A DNA stretch of 64,000 nt from an uncultured Candidatus Saccharibacteria bacterium (lineage in GTDB: Bacteria > Patescibacteriota > Minisyncoccia > Phycocordibacterales > Zambryskibacteraceae), in NCBI GenBank assembly GCA_964446535.1, contig CAYUOR010000001.1:71283-135282 (forward strand), given 5' to 3'. Within the stretch, counting starts at the first letter, position 1; each line of letters starts with the position of its first letter. The notes below the pieces were generated by a model, which was given only the letters and a program-made list of their open reading frames with translations, was not told the DNA's origin and did not search any database. A program made the translations under genes and the position numbers. Below, piece after piece: positions 19,211 through 28,225 of this stretch.

Positions 19211-19561
19211 TTAGTTCAAAGGTACACCAGGAACGGCTTGAAGATCTTCACCCTGGTTGATGCCAAGAGCATTGCCGATAAACTCGACCAAGCCCCAAAC
19301 AGAAACCATAACGAAGAGGGCGATGAGACCCCAGAGCATGATCTTCTTCGCATCGGCCTTAGCTTCTTCATTGCCTTGGGCAAAGATGAATTTGACCAAG
19401 CCCCAGAAGAAGACCAGGAGGGCGATCGCAACGACGATCGGTAACAGGGTGTTTACCAGGTCACCAATGTTCGTGACGAAGGTGTCGATGTTACCCAGAG
19501 TCTGAGCTCCGACAAAAGCCGGAAGAGCAAGAAGCGATCCCAGAATTAATGCTTTTTTCAT
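19211..19561 (-). CDS. VirB2/TrbC-like small membrane protein paralog 2
   Basis: 116 aa; signal peptide 'MKKALILGSLLALPAFVGAQ'; 'LLVFFWGLVKFIFAQGNEEAKADAKKIMLWGLIALFVMVSVWGLV' two-helix core. Confidence 0.45.
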   Translation of the reverse strand: MKKALILGSLLALPAFVGAQTLGNIDTFVTNIGDLVNTLLPIVVAIALLVFFWGLVKFIFAQGNEEAKADAKKIMLWGLIALFVMVSVWGLVEFIGNALGINQGEDLQAVPGVPLN

Positions 19562-19697
19562 TTATTTAACTTATAGGCTTTGGCTAGTAATCTAGCCGTT
19601 ATTTCTAATATACCTAAGCGGTACTACCCCATAATATCCTTTGTCTGTAACTACCGCAATCAAGTTATCCACGCCTCTTTTTCAAGGGTTTTTGGGA

Positions 19698-20093
19698 TTA
19701 CGGTATTGGACTCCAGGGTGGCTGTGGTCCTGGGCCTCCAGGCGGTAGAGCTCCGCCACTACCAGGAGGAGTGGCTCCGGGAGTCGGCGAGGGTCCTGGA
19801 AGAAACGCGTCTTCAAGAAAGGCGACGATACCCCAGACCGAGACCATAACGAAAAGAGCTATAAGACCCCAGATCATAAGCTTTTTGCCGGCCTCAACTG
19901 CCTTCTCGTCGCCCCCGACTCGAAAGATAAACTTAGCGAGTCCCCAGAAAAAAACTAGAAGCCCTATAGCCACGAGTACTCCTATTGTCGGATTTATAAG
20001 ATCGCCAAAACTCTGAAGAAGACCGCTAATCCCCGCTTGGGCGAAGGCGGTAGACGGCGCGAGTATTAAAAAAAGTAATAAGTAATTATTCAT
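19698..20093 (-). CDS. VirB2/TrbC-like small membrane protein paralog 3 with Pro/Gly-rich tail
   Basis: start taken at the internal ATG giving 'MNNYLLLFLILAPSTAFAQ' signal peptide; core 'LLVFFWGLAKFIFRVGGDEKAVEAGKKLMIWGLIALFVMVSVWGIV' nearly identical to paralog 2; C-terminal 'PGPSPTPGATPPGSGG'. Confidence 0.45.
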   Translation of the reverse strand: MNNYLLLFLILAPSTAFAQAGISGLLQSFGDLINPTIGVLVAIGLLVFFWGLAKFIFRVGGDEKAVEAGKKLMIWGLIALFVMVSVWGIVAFLEDAFLPGPSPTPGATPPGSGGALPPGGPGPQPPWSPIP

Positions 20094-20104
20094 TCCTAGA
20101 AACA

Positions 20105-20398
20105 TCACTCCGGTAAAAGTGGTAAGCCAAAAGAATTGGAAAACCCTAAATCGTCGTGGAAGAGAGCAAGGATACCCCAGACCGAGACCATTATAAAAAG
20201 AGCTACGAGACCCCATTTCATAAGGTTCTTGCCATCGGCTATGGCCTTATCGCTATCTCCCCCTATACGAAAGATAAACTTAACGAGCCCCCAGATAAAA
20301 ACAAGAAGCGCTAAGGCATAAAGAATAGGCACAAGAATCTGGATAATGTCCAGAAAAACTTCCGTCAGCTCTTGAAAGGTTGTTGGAGCAGGCTGCAT
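20105..20398 (-). CDS. VirB2/TrbC-like small membrane protein paralog 4
   Basis: 97 aa; 'LLVFIWGLVKFIFRIGGDSDKAIADGKNLMKWGLVALFIMVSVWGIL'. Confidence 0.4.
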   Translation of the reverse strand: MQPAPTTFQELTEVFLDIIQILVPILYALALLVFIWGLVKFIFRIGGDSDKAIADGKNLMKWGLVALFIMVSVWGILALFHDDLGFSNSFGLPLLPE

Positions 20399-20401
20399 TT
20401 T

Positions 20402-20794
20402 TTATATAGGGCAAGCGGGGCCACCAAGGGCGGCAATCGTTCTGCAGACAACATTTGCTATGACCCAGGCGCCGAGGAGTACAGCCGTACCGATTGATGT
20501 ATAGAGAAGTGCTCTGTGGGCTTCTTTGAGCTTAGTTTCATTACCCTGCGCCGTGACATAGAGAAACCCAGAGAATATAAAAGCAAGGACGGCAATTACT
20601 CCACCTATCGGCAAGACCACGTCGTTAATAATAGTTCTGATAAGACCAAAGAGAGAATCCTGCGTGCCGAATGGATTGTTTAGAGTAACACTTATGGACG
20701 GGTTACCTCCGCTCCCTTGAGCGAGGACTAGGTCAAAAGATATGACGAAAAAAAGAAGTAGGGGTGTAAGTATTATAAGTAATTTTTTCATCAT
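20402..20794 (-). CDS. VirB2/TrbC-like small membrane protein paralog 5
   Basis: 130 aa; signal peptide, 'VIAVLAFIFSGFLYVTAQGNETKLKEAHRALLYTSIGTAVLLGAWVI'. The hydrophobic-GG(N/K)E-basic loop-hydrophobic pattern is typical of T4SS pilin-like families. Confidence 0.5.
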   Translation of the reverse strand: MMKKLLIILTPLLLFFVISFDLVLAQGSGGNPSISVTLNNPFGTQDSLFGLIRTIINDVVLPIGGVIAVLAFIFSGFLYVTAQGNETKLKEAHRALLYTSIGTAVLLGAWVIANVVCRTIAALGGPACPI

Positions 20795-21159
20795 TATTGT
20801 GACAGAAGAGAAAATCCTGGCGCCAGAAGACTAGTAATAGTGTAAACGATAAGCCAGGCCGCGAGTATCCACAGGTAGCCGATGAAGACCTTTCTGAAAA
20901 TTTCTTTGGCCCTGGTTTTCTGTGCCTCCTTACCGCCAGAAGTCATAAGAAGAAAGCCGGCGTAGATAAAGGCGATGACCGCGAGAAATGAGGAGAGAAG
21001 GACCAGGGTTCTTATAACATTTTGAGCAAGTTCTATCAGGTGGCCAAAGGTACACGGGTCGGCGGCACTACCGTCACAAACAATCAAATCGAAACCTTGA
21101 GCCGAAGCTGAATTAGCAAACATAAGAACTAGAGCGACGACGAAAGAAAAATACTTCAT
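20794..21159 (-). CDS. VirB2/TrbC-like small membrane protein paralog 6
   Basis: 121 aa; signal peptide 'MKYFSFVVALVLMFANSASAQ', 'LAVIAFIYAGFLLMTSGGKEAQKTRAKEIFRKVFIGYLWILAAWLIV'. Confidence 0.5.
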   Translation of the reverse strand: MKYFSFVVALVLMFANSASAQGFDLIVCDGSAADPCTFGHLIELAQNVIRTLVLLSSFLAVIAFIYAGFLLMTSGGKEAQKTRAKEIFRKVFIGYLWILAAWLIVYTITSLLAPGFSLLSQ

Positions 21160-22442
21160 CTCTGTTTGATTATTGCATCAAGGTCCCGGTTCATCTTCCC
21201 TACCGCCTCTTGAACTCTCGCCCTGCCGCTCGTGACCGATTCTATAGCCTCGCGAAAGACTGTCTCAGTTTGCTTATCCGACGGATCAAGCCAACCCCGA
21301 GACTGTAGAGCAGAGTCGTAGAAAACGGAAAGTACGGCGTCGGTCGGTTTTCTCGCCAAGAGATCACGCCTGGTCGGCGGCAGAAACAGTGCGTCGGAGA
21401 GTTGCTTTTCGGAGCTTGCCGAAGTTAGCTTCCTGGCAACCTCAAGTGCAATAGCTGGATTCCTGGTACCGCGCGCCACGGCAATGCCGCGTAGATTGCC
21501 GAAGGTGGTCACTCTTGTTGAAACTCTGGATTGCGGCACAGGGGCAACGCCGAAGTTTAAATTTGGACTTTTATTTTTTAGAATTCGGTACTCGGAAGCA
21601 AAGCCAAGGTAGTAAGCAGAATCACCGCTCGTGAAGTGTGTTTGTGCGTCTATTAGAGAGCGGTTCCAGCTGTAGAAAATCTTGGTTGGATTTGAAAACT
21701 GGGTGTAGAACTCAAGGGCCGCCTCACCAGGCACAACCGGCAAGTTGAAGCTTTCTGATATCTGGGCCCTAAGATCGTTCTCGATAATTCTGGTTATCGG
21801 AGTGCCAGCCTGAAGCATGAGAAGGGAAAGGATATCTTTGGCGTGCGGAATGTTTCTAGACTCGCCGAGCGCCATAACGGAAGATATTAGATTTCCTGCA
21901 ATATCTTTTTTCGACATATCGGCGGCAGAGGCATAAATTTCGTCCCAATATCCGATCGGATTGGCCCGACCCGCGGCAGAGAGCATATCTCTGTTGTAGT
22001 AGAGAACCATGGGGTCGATTAGGAGCGGTATGGCGTAGATACCGTTCCTATCCAGAAAGAGTTCCCCTTCTTCAATAAAAGTATTTTTAAAGTCGCGCTC
22101 ACTGTAGGCCTCATAGGGAATGACTAGAAGCTTCGGTTTATTTTCAAGAAACCTATCTTGGGTAAGGATAATAAGGTCTGGCCCAGCGTCTCGAGCAAGG
22201 GCCTCGGTAAATTCAGTATCAATCGAAGAGGCAGAAATTTCCCTATAAATCACACTAAAAGCCTTATTGCTTGAAAACTCTGGAGTGCTTAGAAGCTGGT
22301 TGAAATCGAAAGACGGGATGTCGCCCCAGATGGTAACCCTAGTATCACCGCCGGAGGCGCCGCGGTATGAGGAGAAAACTATTACCGCAACGACGATAAA
22401 GGCGCCGAAGACCACCATGAGTATTATTTGAAACTTCGACAT
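21156..22442 (-). CDS. Membrane-anchored extracellular solute-binding protein, family 1 (MalE-like), orphan
   Basis: N-terminal TM; 'DAGPDLIILTQDRFLEN' and 'YAIPLLIDPMVLYYNRDML' align to MalE 'DGPDIIFWAHDRFGGY' and 'IAYPIAVEALSLIYNKDLL'; no permease or ATPase nearby; stop overlaps start of pilin-like paralog 6. Confidence 0.55.
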   Translation of the reverse strand: MSKFQIILMVVFGAFIVVAVIVFSSYRGASGGDTRVTIWGDIPSFDFNQLLSTPEFSSNKAFSVIYREISASSIDTEFTEALARDAGPDLIILTQDRFLENKPKLLVIPYEAYSERDFKNTFIEEGELFLDRNGIYAIPLLIDPMVLYYNRDMLSAAGRANPIGYWDEIYASAADMSKKDIAGNLISSVMALGESRNIPHAKDILSLLMLQAGTPITRIIENDLRAQISESFNLPVVPGEAALEFYTQFSNPTKIFYSWNRSLIDAQTHFTSGDSAYYLGFASEYRILKNKSPNLNFGVAPVPQSRVSTRVTTFGNLRGIAVARGTRNPAIALEVARKLTSASSEKQLSDALFLPPTRRDLLARKPTDAVLSVFYDSALQSRGWLDPSDKQTETVFREAIESVTSGRARVQEAVGKMNRDLDAIIKQR

Positions 22443-22489
22443 AGCTATCTAGATTCTACCGAGAGTAGAGAGGCCGCGCAACGAATAAC

Positions 22490-24934
22490 TTAAAGGCAGA
22501 TTAGAGATGCTATGGAATCGCCTTCTCTAAGCTTCATGATGCGTACACCCTGGGTCTGGCGACCGAGCACCGGAATCTCTTTGAGATCAACACGAACGAC
22601 CTGACTCTTTTTAGAAATAGCCATGACCTCGGTTTCTTCCTCGGTAACAACTTGAGAAGTAATAACTAGTCCGGTTTTAGACGTCACCTTTGACGTTAGA
22701 ACACCGGAACCTCCTCTACCCTGAACCTTGTATTCCTTAAGTGTGGTTCGTTTGCCGTAACCATTTGCCGAAATAACCAAAAGGTGTCCCGCCCTTGATT
22801 TATCGTCAATAGCATGCGCGCCGACAACGGCATCGGATTTGTCTAGTTTGATGGCCCTGACGCCACCGGCCGCTCTACCCATCTCACGAATTGCCGATTC
22901 TTTAAATCTGATTGATTGACCATGTTTTGTGACTATGGAAATATCGTCGCCCTTCTTTACAAGCTCAACCGAAACCAGTTTATCTTTCGGTGCAAGCTTT
23001 ACCGCGATGATGCCGGAAGCTCTGACGTCTTGAAAACTTTTAGCGGCAACCTTCTTTGCAACGCCATTTTCCGTCACCATGAAAAGCGAGTTGCCGGCGT
23101 TCTCCGATGTTTTCGGCATAGCTAGGATGGAAGTTACCCTTTCCCCTTCCACCAGAGATATGAAATTCATAATAGATTTACCGCGAGTGGCGCGCTTGCC
23201 TTCCGGTATTTCAAACATTTTTATCTGATAGACCTTACCGCGATCTGTGAAGAAAAGCAGGTTTGCATGAGTGCTTGCTGTGAGAAAATTTGTGACAAAA
23301 TCCTCTTCTTTTGTATCCAGATCCACAACACCGACACCGCCGCGCTTCTGGCGCCTGTATTCGTCTGGATTGGTGCGCTTGATATAGCCGCCGGAAGTAA
23401 GAACCAGGGCATTTTCTTCTTCGGGCACAAGATCTTCAACAGAGAGAATCTTTACCCCACCTTTCATAACCTTTGTTCTCCTGTCATCACCATACTTCTT
23501 TTTAAGGTCTTCGAGCTCTGTCTTTATTACCCGAAGAATCTTGGTGTTAGAGCCGAGGAGCTCTTTCATTTCTTTGATAAATGCCTGGACCTCCTTAAGT
23601 TCGTCCTCAACTTTCTTGCGTTCTAGCCCGGCAAGCTTTTGAAGTTTCATCTCGAGAATGGCATTCGCCTGAAGTTCCGAGAGCTTGAAGGTCTTCATTA
23701 AATCACGGCGAGCATCTTCAACGGTTTTCGAAGCGCGAATAAGTTTTATAACCTTATCTATATTGTCGAGCGCCTTAACAAGACCCAAAAGAATGTGTTC
23801 GCGCTCCTCCGCTCTTGCAATCTCGTATGCCGTGCGGCGCTTAACTACTGTTTCGCGGTGTTTAAGGAACTCCGTAAGCATGCTCTTGAGCGACAGGGTC
23901 TGCGGCACGCCGTCGACGAGGGCTACTAGGTTTAGGTGGAAGGTATCTTCAAGCTGGGTGTGTTTATAGAGAGAATTTAAAATCTTTTGTGGCTGACTGC
24001 CGTTTTTAAGATCAATTGCGATTCTTATATCTTTGGTAGACTCGTCACGAAGACCCTTTATGCCTTCTATTTTTTTCTCGCGGACTAGGTCAGCTATTTT
24101 TTCTATCAAGTCCGCTTTGTTGACGCGATAAGGAATGGCGCTTACGACAATCTGGAACTGTCCCGACTTCGTCTCGGTGATGTCCGCTACACCGCGGGTG
24201 ACTATAGGTCCTCGGCCAGTGGCATAGGCGTGATGTATGTCTTTTTCATTAAAAATAATACCGCCGGTCGGAAAATCTGGACCCTTGATAAAGCCAAGCA
24301 GGTCTTCGGTTGTAGCGTCGCGCTTATCCGCAAGGTGGATCGTGGCGTCTATCACTTCGGAGAGATTGTGCGGCGGGATATTCGTTGCCATACCGACAGC
24401 AATTCCCAGAGTGCCGTTTAAAAGGAGGTTCGGAGCGGCCGACGGTAAAACTGTTGGCTCCGTCTTGGTTCCGTCGTAGTTTGGTCTAAAGTCAACCGTT
24501 TCCTTTTCTATATCTTTAAGCATCTCTGCCGAAAGGCGGCTCATCTTTGCTTCTGTGTATCGGTAAGCCGCAGCGCCGTCACCGTCGATTGAACCAAAGT
24601 TGCCTTGCCCGATTACTAATGGGTAGCGCATGGAAAAGTCTTGCGCCATTTTTACCATGGCCTCGTAGACTGACGTATCGCCATGCGGGTGATATTTACC
24701 TAAAACATCTCCGACAATGGTGGCTGATTTCTTGGTTTTGGCCGAAGACGAGAGGCCGATCTCGTTCATGGCGTAAAGAATTCTTCTGTGAACCGGTTTC
24801 AGGCCGTCGCGGACATCCGGCAGAGCTCGGTCGGTGATAACCGACATCGCGTAGTCGATAAACGACTCTTTCATCTCAGCCGTGATGGCTCGATTTACTA
24901 CTCTTTGTTCTTCCTTGTTACTCATAACTTTCAA
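22490..24934 (-). CDS. gyrA: DNA gyrase subunit A
   Basis: '[21 protein letters not shown]' with active-site Tyr region, C-terminal beta-pinwheel repeats. Confidence 0.9.
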   Translation of the reverse strand: MKVMSNKEEQRVVNRAITAEMKESFIDYAMSVITDRALPDVRDGLKPVHRRILYAMNEIGLSSSAKTKKSATIVGDVLGKYHPHGDTSVYEAMVKMAQDFSMRYPLVIGQGNFGSIDGDGAAAYRYTEAKMSRLSAEMLKDIEKETVDFRPNYDGTKTEPTVLPSAAPNLLLNGTLGIAVGMATNIPPHNLSEVIDATIHLADKRDATTEDLLGFIKGPDFPTGGIIFNEKDIHHAYATGRGPIVTRGVADITETKSGQFQIVVSAIPYRVNKADLIEKIADLVREKKIEGIKGLRDESTKDIRIAIDLKNGSQPQKILNSLYKHTQLEDTFHLNLVALVDGVPQTLSLKSMLTEFLKHRETVVKRRTAYEIARAEEREHILLGLVKALDNIDKVIKLIRASKTVEDARRDLMKTFKLSELQANAILEMKLQKLAGLERKKVEDELKEVQAFIKEMKELLGSNTKILRVIKTELEDLKKKYGDDRRTKVMKGGVKILSVEDLVPEEENALVLTSGGYIKRTNPDEYRRQKRGGVGVVDLDTKEEDFVTNFLTASTHANLLFFTDRGKVYQIKMFEIPEGKRATRGKSIMNFISLVEGERVTSILAMPKTSENAGNSLFMVTENGVAKKVAAKSFQDVRASGIIAVKLAPKDKLVSVELVKKGDDISIVTKHGQSIRFKESAIREMGRAAGGVRAIKLDKSDAVVGAHAIDDKSRAGHLLVISANGYGKRTTLKEYKVQGRGGSGVLTSKVTSKTGLVITSQVVTEEETEVMAISKKSQVVRVDLKEIPVLGRQTQGVRIMKLREGDSIASLICL

Positions 24935-25244
24935 GGGCGTTATCCCTCATCTCACGATACTCAAGCTCCAGATTTATATCATTAACACCTTGTTTTATTC
25001 CGTTTAGACTATTTTTAACCGCTTCCAAACTTGAGCCAAGATTCGAGCGCATAGAATTTAAGGGGCTAACCTCGTTTACCGGCTGATTGTTTTCTACCTT
25101 TTTTGCAAGCTCCGCATTTCCGCCGAAATTTACCATAGACCAAACGGAGAAAATAATTATTGTTACCACCCCTGATACAAAAAGTGCAAAATTTTTCTTA
25201 TGGCGATCTGATCTTCTGTGCAGTTGGGATAAATATTTTCTCAT
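24918..25244 (-). CDS. Hypothetical small membrane protein
   Basis: 108 aa, one TM '[20 protein letters not shown]'; overlaps gyrA start by 8-17 nt. Confidence 0.3.
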   Translation of the reverse strand: MRKYLSQLHRRSDRHKKNFALFVSGVVTIIIFSVWSMVNFGGNAELAKKVENNQPVNEVSPLNSMRSNLGSSLEAVKNSLNGIKQGVNDINLELEYREMRDNALESYE

Positions 25245-25250
25245 AAAATT

Positions 25251-25865
25251 TTATTCTTCCTTTAGTACGACAATTTCGCCCTCTTTCCCCTCTATATCCT
25301 TTTTCTTTACTACGAGTTTTTCTAGTGGCTCAACTTTGGTTTCGCTTCCCTCTTTTATAAACTTATCCAAGTTTTGTTTCAAATAATACATGGGAATAAT
25401 GATGCCGGGTTCAAGAGAGACGGCGAGTTTATAGGCAGCAGAAGGGTCAATGGTACCCCCCTCGCCTATCGGTGCAAATAAAATATCGACATCTTCTATT
25501 GCCTCAAGGATTTCTTCCGAAAGGGTCGGGTTCGCAAGAGCTCCGAGGAAGCAAAGATTCATACCTTCAAAAGAGATGAGGTAGATGGTATTTATTTTCT
25601 TACCTGGACCTTCCGATGGAAATCCTTTGATAAAAATATTTTTGATTTCATACTCTCCTGGACCGTCTATAACGAAAGAGGCGGAGTCGCCACGAGAAGT
25701 TTGGTCTCGACCGTTAAAGTCAGGAAGGTTTGTGGTGATGAGAGTGACGTCGGCACCGAACCTCGTGGCCTTAAATTTTGAGTCTTTTGATATGGGGTTA
25801 AGGGCGAGGGTTATGTTTCCCTGCGAGATTTTGAAGCACTCGGCGCCGTGGTAACTCACTATCAT
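25251..25865 (-). CDS. MBL-fold hydrolase-like protein (UPF0173-like), His motif degenerate
   Basis: 'MIVSYHGAECFKISQGNITLALNPI' resembles 'ITYLGHSAFLIE..ILIDP'; HxHxDH position reads 'TLITTNLPDFNG'. Confidence 0.5.
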   Translation of the reverse strand: MIVSYHGAECFKISQGNITLALNPISKDSKFKATRFGADVTLITTNLPDFNGRDQTSRGDSASFVIDGPGEYEIKNIFIKGFPSEGPGKKINTIYLISFEGMNLCFLGALANPTLSEEILEAIEDVDILFAPIGEGGTIDPSAAYKLAVSLEPGIIIPMYYLKQNLDKFIKEGSETKVEPLEKLVVKKKDIEGKEGEIVVLKEE

Positions 25866-26013
25866 TTACGCTCATTTTATCATAATTTGCTTGCTTTCGC
25901 ACGCGCTTTTTGCTAATCTTTTTCTCGTTCCTTACTAGTACCCGCTAACGTAATCCCGTCCGAGTTCGGCACACAAGGAAAGAAACTCGACGGACCGAAA
26001 GCGGCCCACTCAT

Positions 26014-27084
26014 TTGACTGAAAAAATTGACGAACGAGAGTTATTTCTCTCTGAACTTCCCAAACCGCCTGCCATAGACGAGCTCGTGGAAGGCCCTGTA
26101 ATAAGTATCGACAAGGGAGCGGTCTTCATAGACTTGCCGCCTTTCGGCACCGGTATTATTTACGGCCGGGAATTTATCAACGCTCGAGACATTATTAAAA
26201 AGATTAACGTAGGCGACATCGTTGCCGGCAAGGTTGTCGGCATGGGTGGTAAAGACGGCTACATAGAAATCTCACTCAAGGAGGCAAGGCAGGCTTTAAT
26301 CTGGGGTGAGGCGGAAGAAGCTATTAGTGAAAAAAGGGTGTTTGAGCTCGCCGTAGTTGATGCCAACAAAGGTGGTCTTATTATCAACTGGCAAGGTATT
26401 TCTGGCTTCTTACCTGCATCACAGTTAAAGCCAGAACACTATCCTCGTGTCTCGGACGGAGACAAGGACAAAATTCTTGATGAGCTTAGAAAGCTTGTAG
26501 GAGAAAAACTGCCGGTTACCATCATTGGTGCAAACCCTAAAGAAGGAAAACTTATCTTCTCCGAGAAAAGTCCTGAAACCAAGGACAAGGAAAATATTGT
26601 CGCAAGATACGCTCTTGGAGACGAACTTACGGGAGAAGTTACCGGTCTCGTTGATTTCGGAGTCTTTGTTAAGCTTGAAGAGGGGCTTGAGGGTCTGGTT
26701 CATATTTCGGAAATTGACTGGGGCTTAGTGGAGAATCCAAAAACGATGTTTAAAATTGGAGAGAAAGTGAGAGTCAAAGTTATTGAAATCAAGGATGATA
26801 AAATCTCGCTCTCCATCAAGGCTCTAAAAGAGAATCCGTGGCGCGAAGCAGAGAAAAAGTATAAAAAAGACGACACTGTCGAGGGCATTATCATCAAATT
26901 CAATAAATATGGCGCCCTAGCTTCCATAGAAGAGGGTGTAGCCGGTCTTGTTCATCTCTCCGAATTCGGCTCCGAAGAGAAGCTCCGTGAGAAACTCGAG
27001 ATGGGTAAGGTCTACAACTTCAAAATAACTCTCTTTGACCCCAAAGAGCAGAAGATGGCCCTCTCGTTCGTCGATAAAAAATAA
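26014..27084 (+). CDS. rpsA: S1 RNA-binding domain protein (short ribosomal protein S1-like)
   Basis: four S1-type repeats ('GEVTGLVDFGVFVKLEEGLEGLVHISEI'); TTG start. Confidence 0.65.
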   Translation: MTEKIDERELFLSELPKPPAIDELVEGPVISIDKGAVFIDLPPFGTGIIYGREFINARDIIKKINVGDIVAGKVVGMGGKDGYIEISLKEARQALIWGEAEEAISEKRVFELAVVDANKGGLIINWQGISGFLPASQLKPEHYPRVSDGDKDKILDELRKLVGEKLPVTIIGANPKEGKLIFSEKSPETKDKENIVARYALGDELTGEVTGLVDFGVFVKLEEGLEGLVHISEIDWGLVENPKTMFKIGEKVRVKVIEIKDDKISLSIKALKENPWREAEKKYKKDDTVEGIIIKFNKYGALASIEEGVAGLVHLSEFGSEEKLREKLEMGKVYNFKITLFDPKEQKMALSFVDKK

Positions 27085-27092
27085 TCCAAGAT

Positions 27093-27626
27093 TTAGTTCG
27101 ACTGATTGAAGCGGCTCATGGCAACTTCCTTGCCGTCTGTAACTATTGTTTCGAGCGCCTCTGATGTTTTCTTAAATATTTTTTTGAGTACCGCTTCTTC
27201 AGCTGGTTTAAACTTGCCGAGAATAAAATCAAGAACCGCTTTTTCACCCTTCGGTTTTCGAACTTTGCCTGATGGGGTGCTAGGTGCGATGCCGATACGA
27301 ATGCGGATAAAATCTTCGGTCTTAAGAGCGCGAATGATCGACTCCACTCCCCTGTGACCGCCCGAGGATCTGCCGAAAGAAATCTTGAAGCGCCCTAAAG
27401 GTAAGTCGAGGTCATCATAAAGAACGATTAGTTTCTCCGCTGCTTTCTTACTTTTCACATACTTAGAGACGAAGGTGCCCGACTTATTCATAAAAACATC
27501 CGAGAAGATAAAATTTGCTTTTATCTTTTTATTTTCTGAAACAAACTCTTCGGCTAGGCGCCCGGCGTTGTGTCGGGTGTTCTCGTACATTTCTCCCGGA
27601 TTACCCAAACCTACGACGATATACAT
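27093..27626 (-). CDS. pth: Peptidyl-tRNA hydrolase
   Basis: 'MYIVVGLGNPGEMYENTRHNAG' Pth signature. Confidence 0.85.
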   Translation of the reverse strand: MYIVVGLGNPGEMYENTRHNAGRLAEEFVSENKKIKANFIFSDVFMNKSGTFVSKYVKSKKAAEKLIVLYDDLDLPLGRFKISFGRSSGGHRGVESIIRALKTEDFIRIRIGIAPSTPSGKVRKPKGEKAVLDFILGKFKPAEEAVLKKIFKKTSEALETIVTDGKEVAMSRFNQSN

Positions 27627-27673
27627 GTCGCTATTGTGTCAAATAAGATTAAATAATACAATTCTTAAAAATT

Positions 27674-28225
27674 ATGGATTCTAATTTTTGGAAAGAGCTC
27701 ATTAAACTTCTTGTCATCTCGGTCGTAGTCGTTGTCCCTTTCCGACTTTATGTGGCTCAACCCTTCATCGTCGAGGGGGCCTCGATGGATCCAACTTTCG
27801 AGTCTGGAGACTACCTCATAGTCGACGAATTTACCTATCATTTCAAGGCGCCGCTTCGCGGTTCTGTTCTTATCTTCAAATATCCCAAAGATACTAAAAA
27901 ATCTTTTATTAAAAGGGTTATTGGCCTACCCAACGAGACGGTCATAATCTCAAACGGAGTCATAGCTATAGTCAATTCTGAGAATCCAGAAGGCTTTATT
28001 CTAGATGAGCCATATATAAAACTTACGAAGAAAGAAAACTCGCTATACAAGCTCGGCCCGAATGAATACTTTGTTCTGGGAGACAACCGTCCGGCAAGTT
28101 CGGACTCGCGCGTCTGGGGGCCGGTGCCTGAAGATAATATTATCGGGCGACCGATTATCAGATTTTTCCCGCCAGGCTATCTTCCGGGAGATAAGACGGG
28201 GAGCTACGGTTCTATAAATAATTAA
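27674..28225 (+). CDS. lepB: Signal peptidase I
   Basis: 'GASMDPTF' (Ser box), 'IKRVIGLPNETV', 'YFVLGDNRPASSDSRVWG'. Confidence 0.8.
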   Translation: MDSNFWKELIKLLVISVVVVVPFRLYVAQPFIVEGASMDPTFESGDYLIVDEFTYHFKAPLRGSVLIFKYPKDTKKSFIKRVIGLPNETVIISNGVIAIVNSENPEGFILDEPYIKLTKKENSLYKLGPNEYFVLGDNRPASSDSRVWGPVPEDNIIGRPIIRFFPPGYLPGDKTGSYGSINN

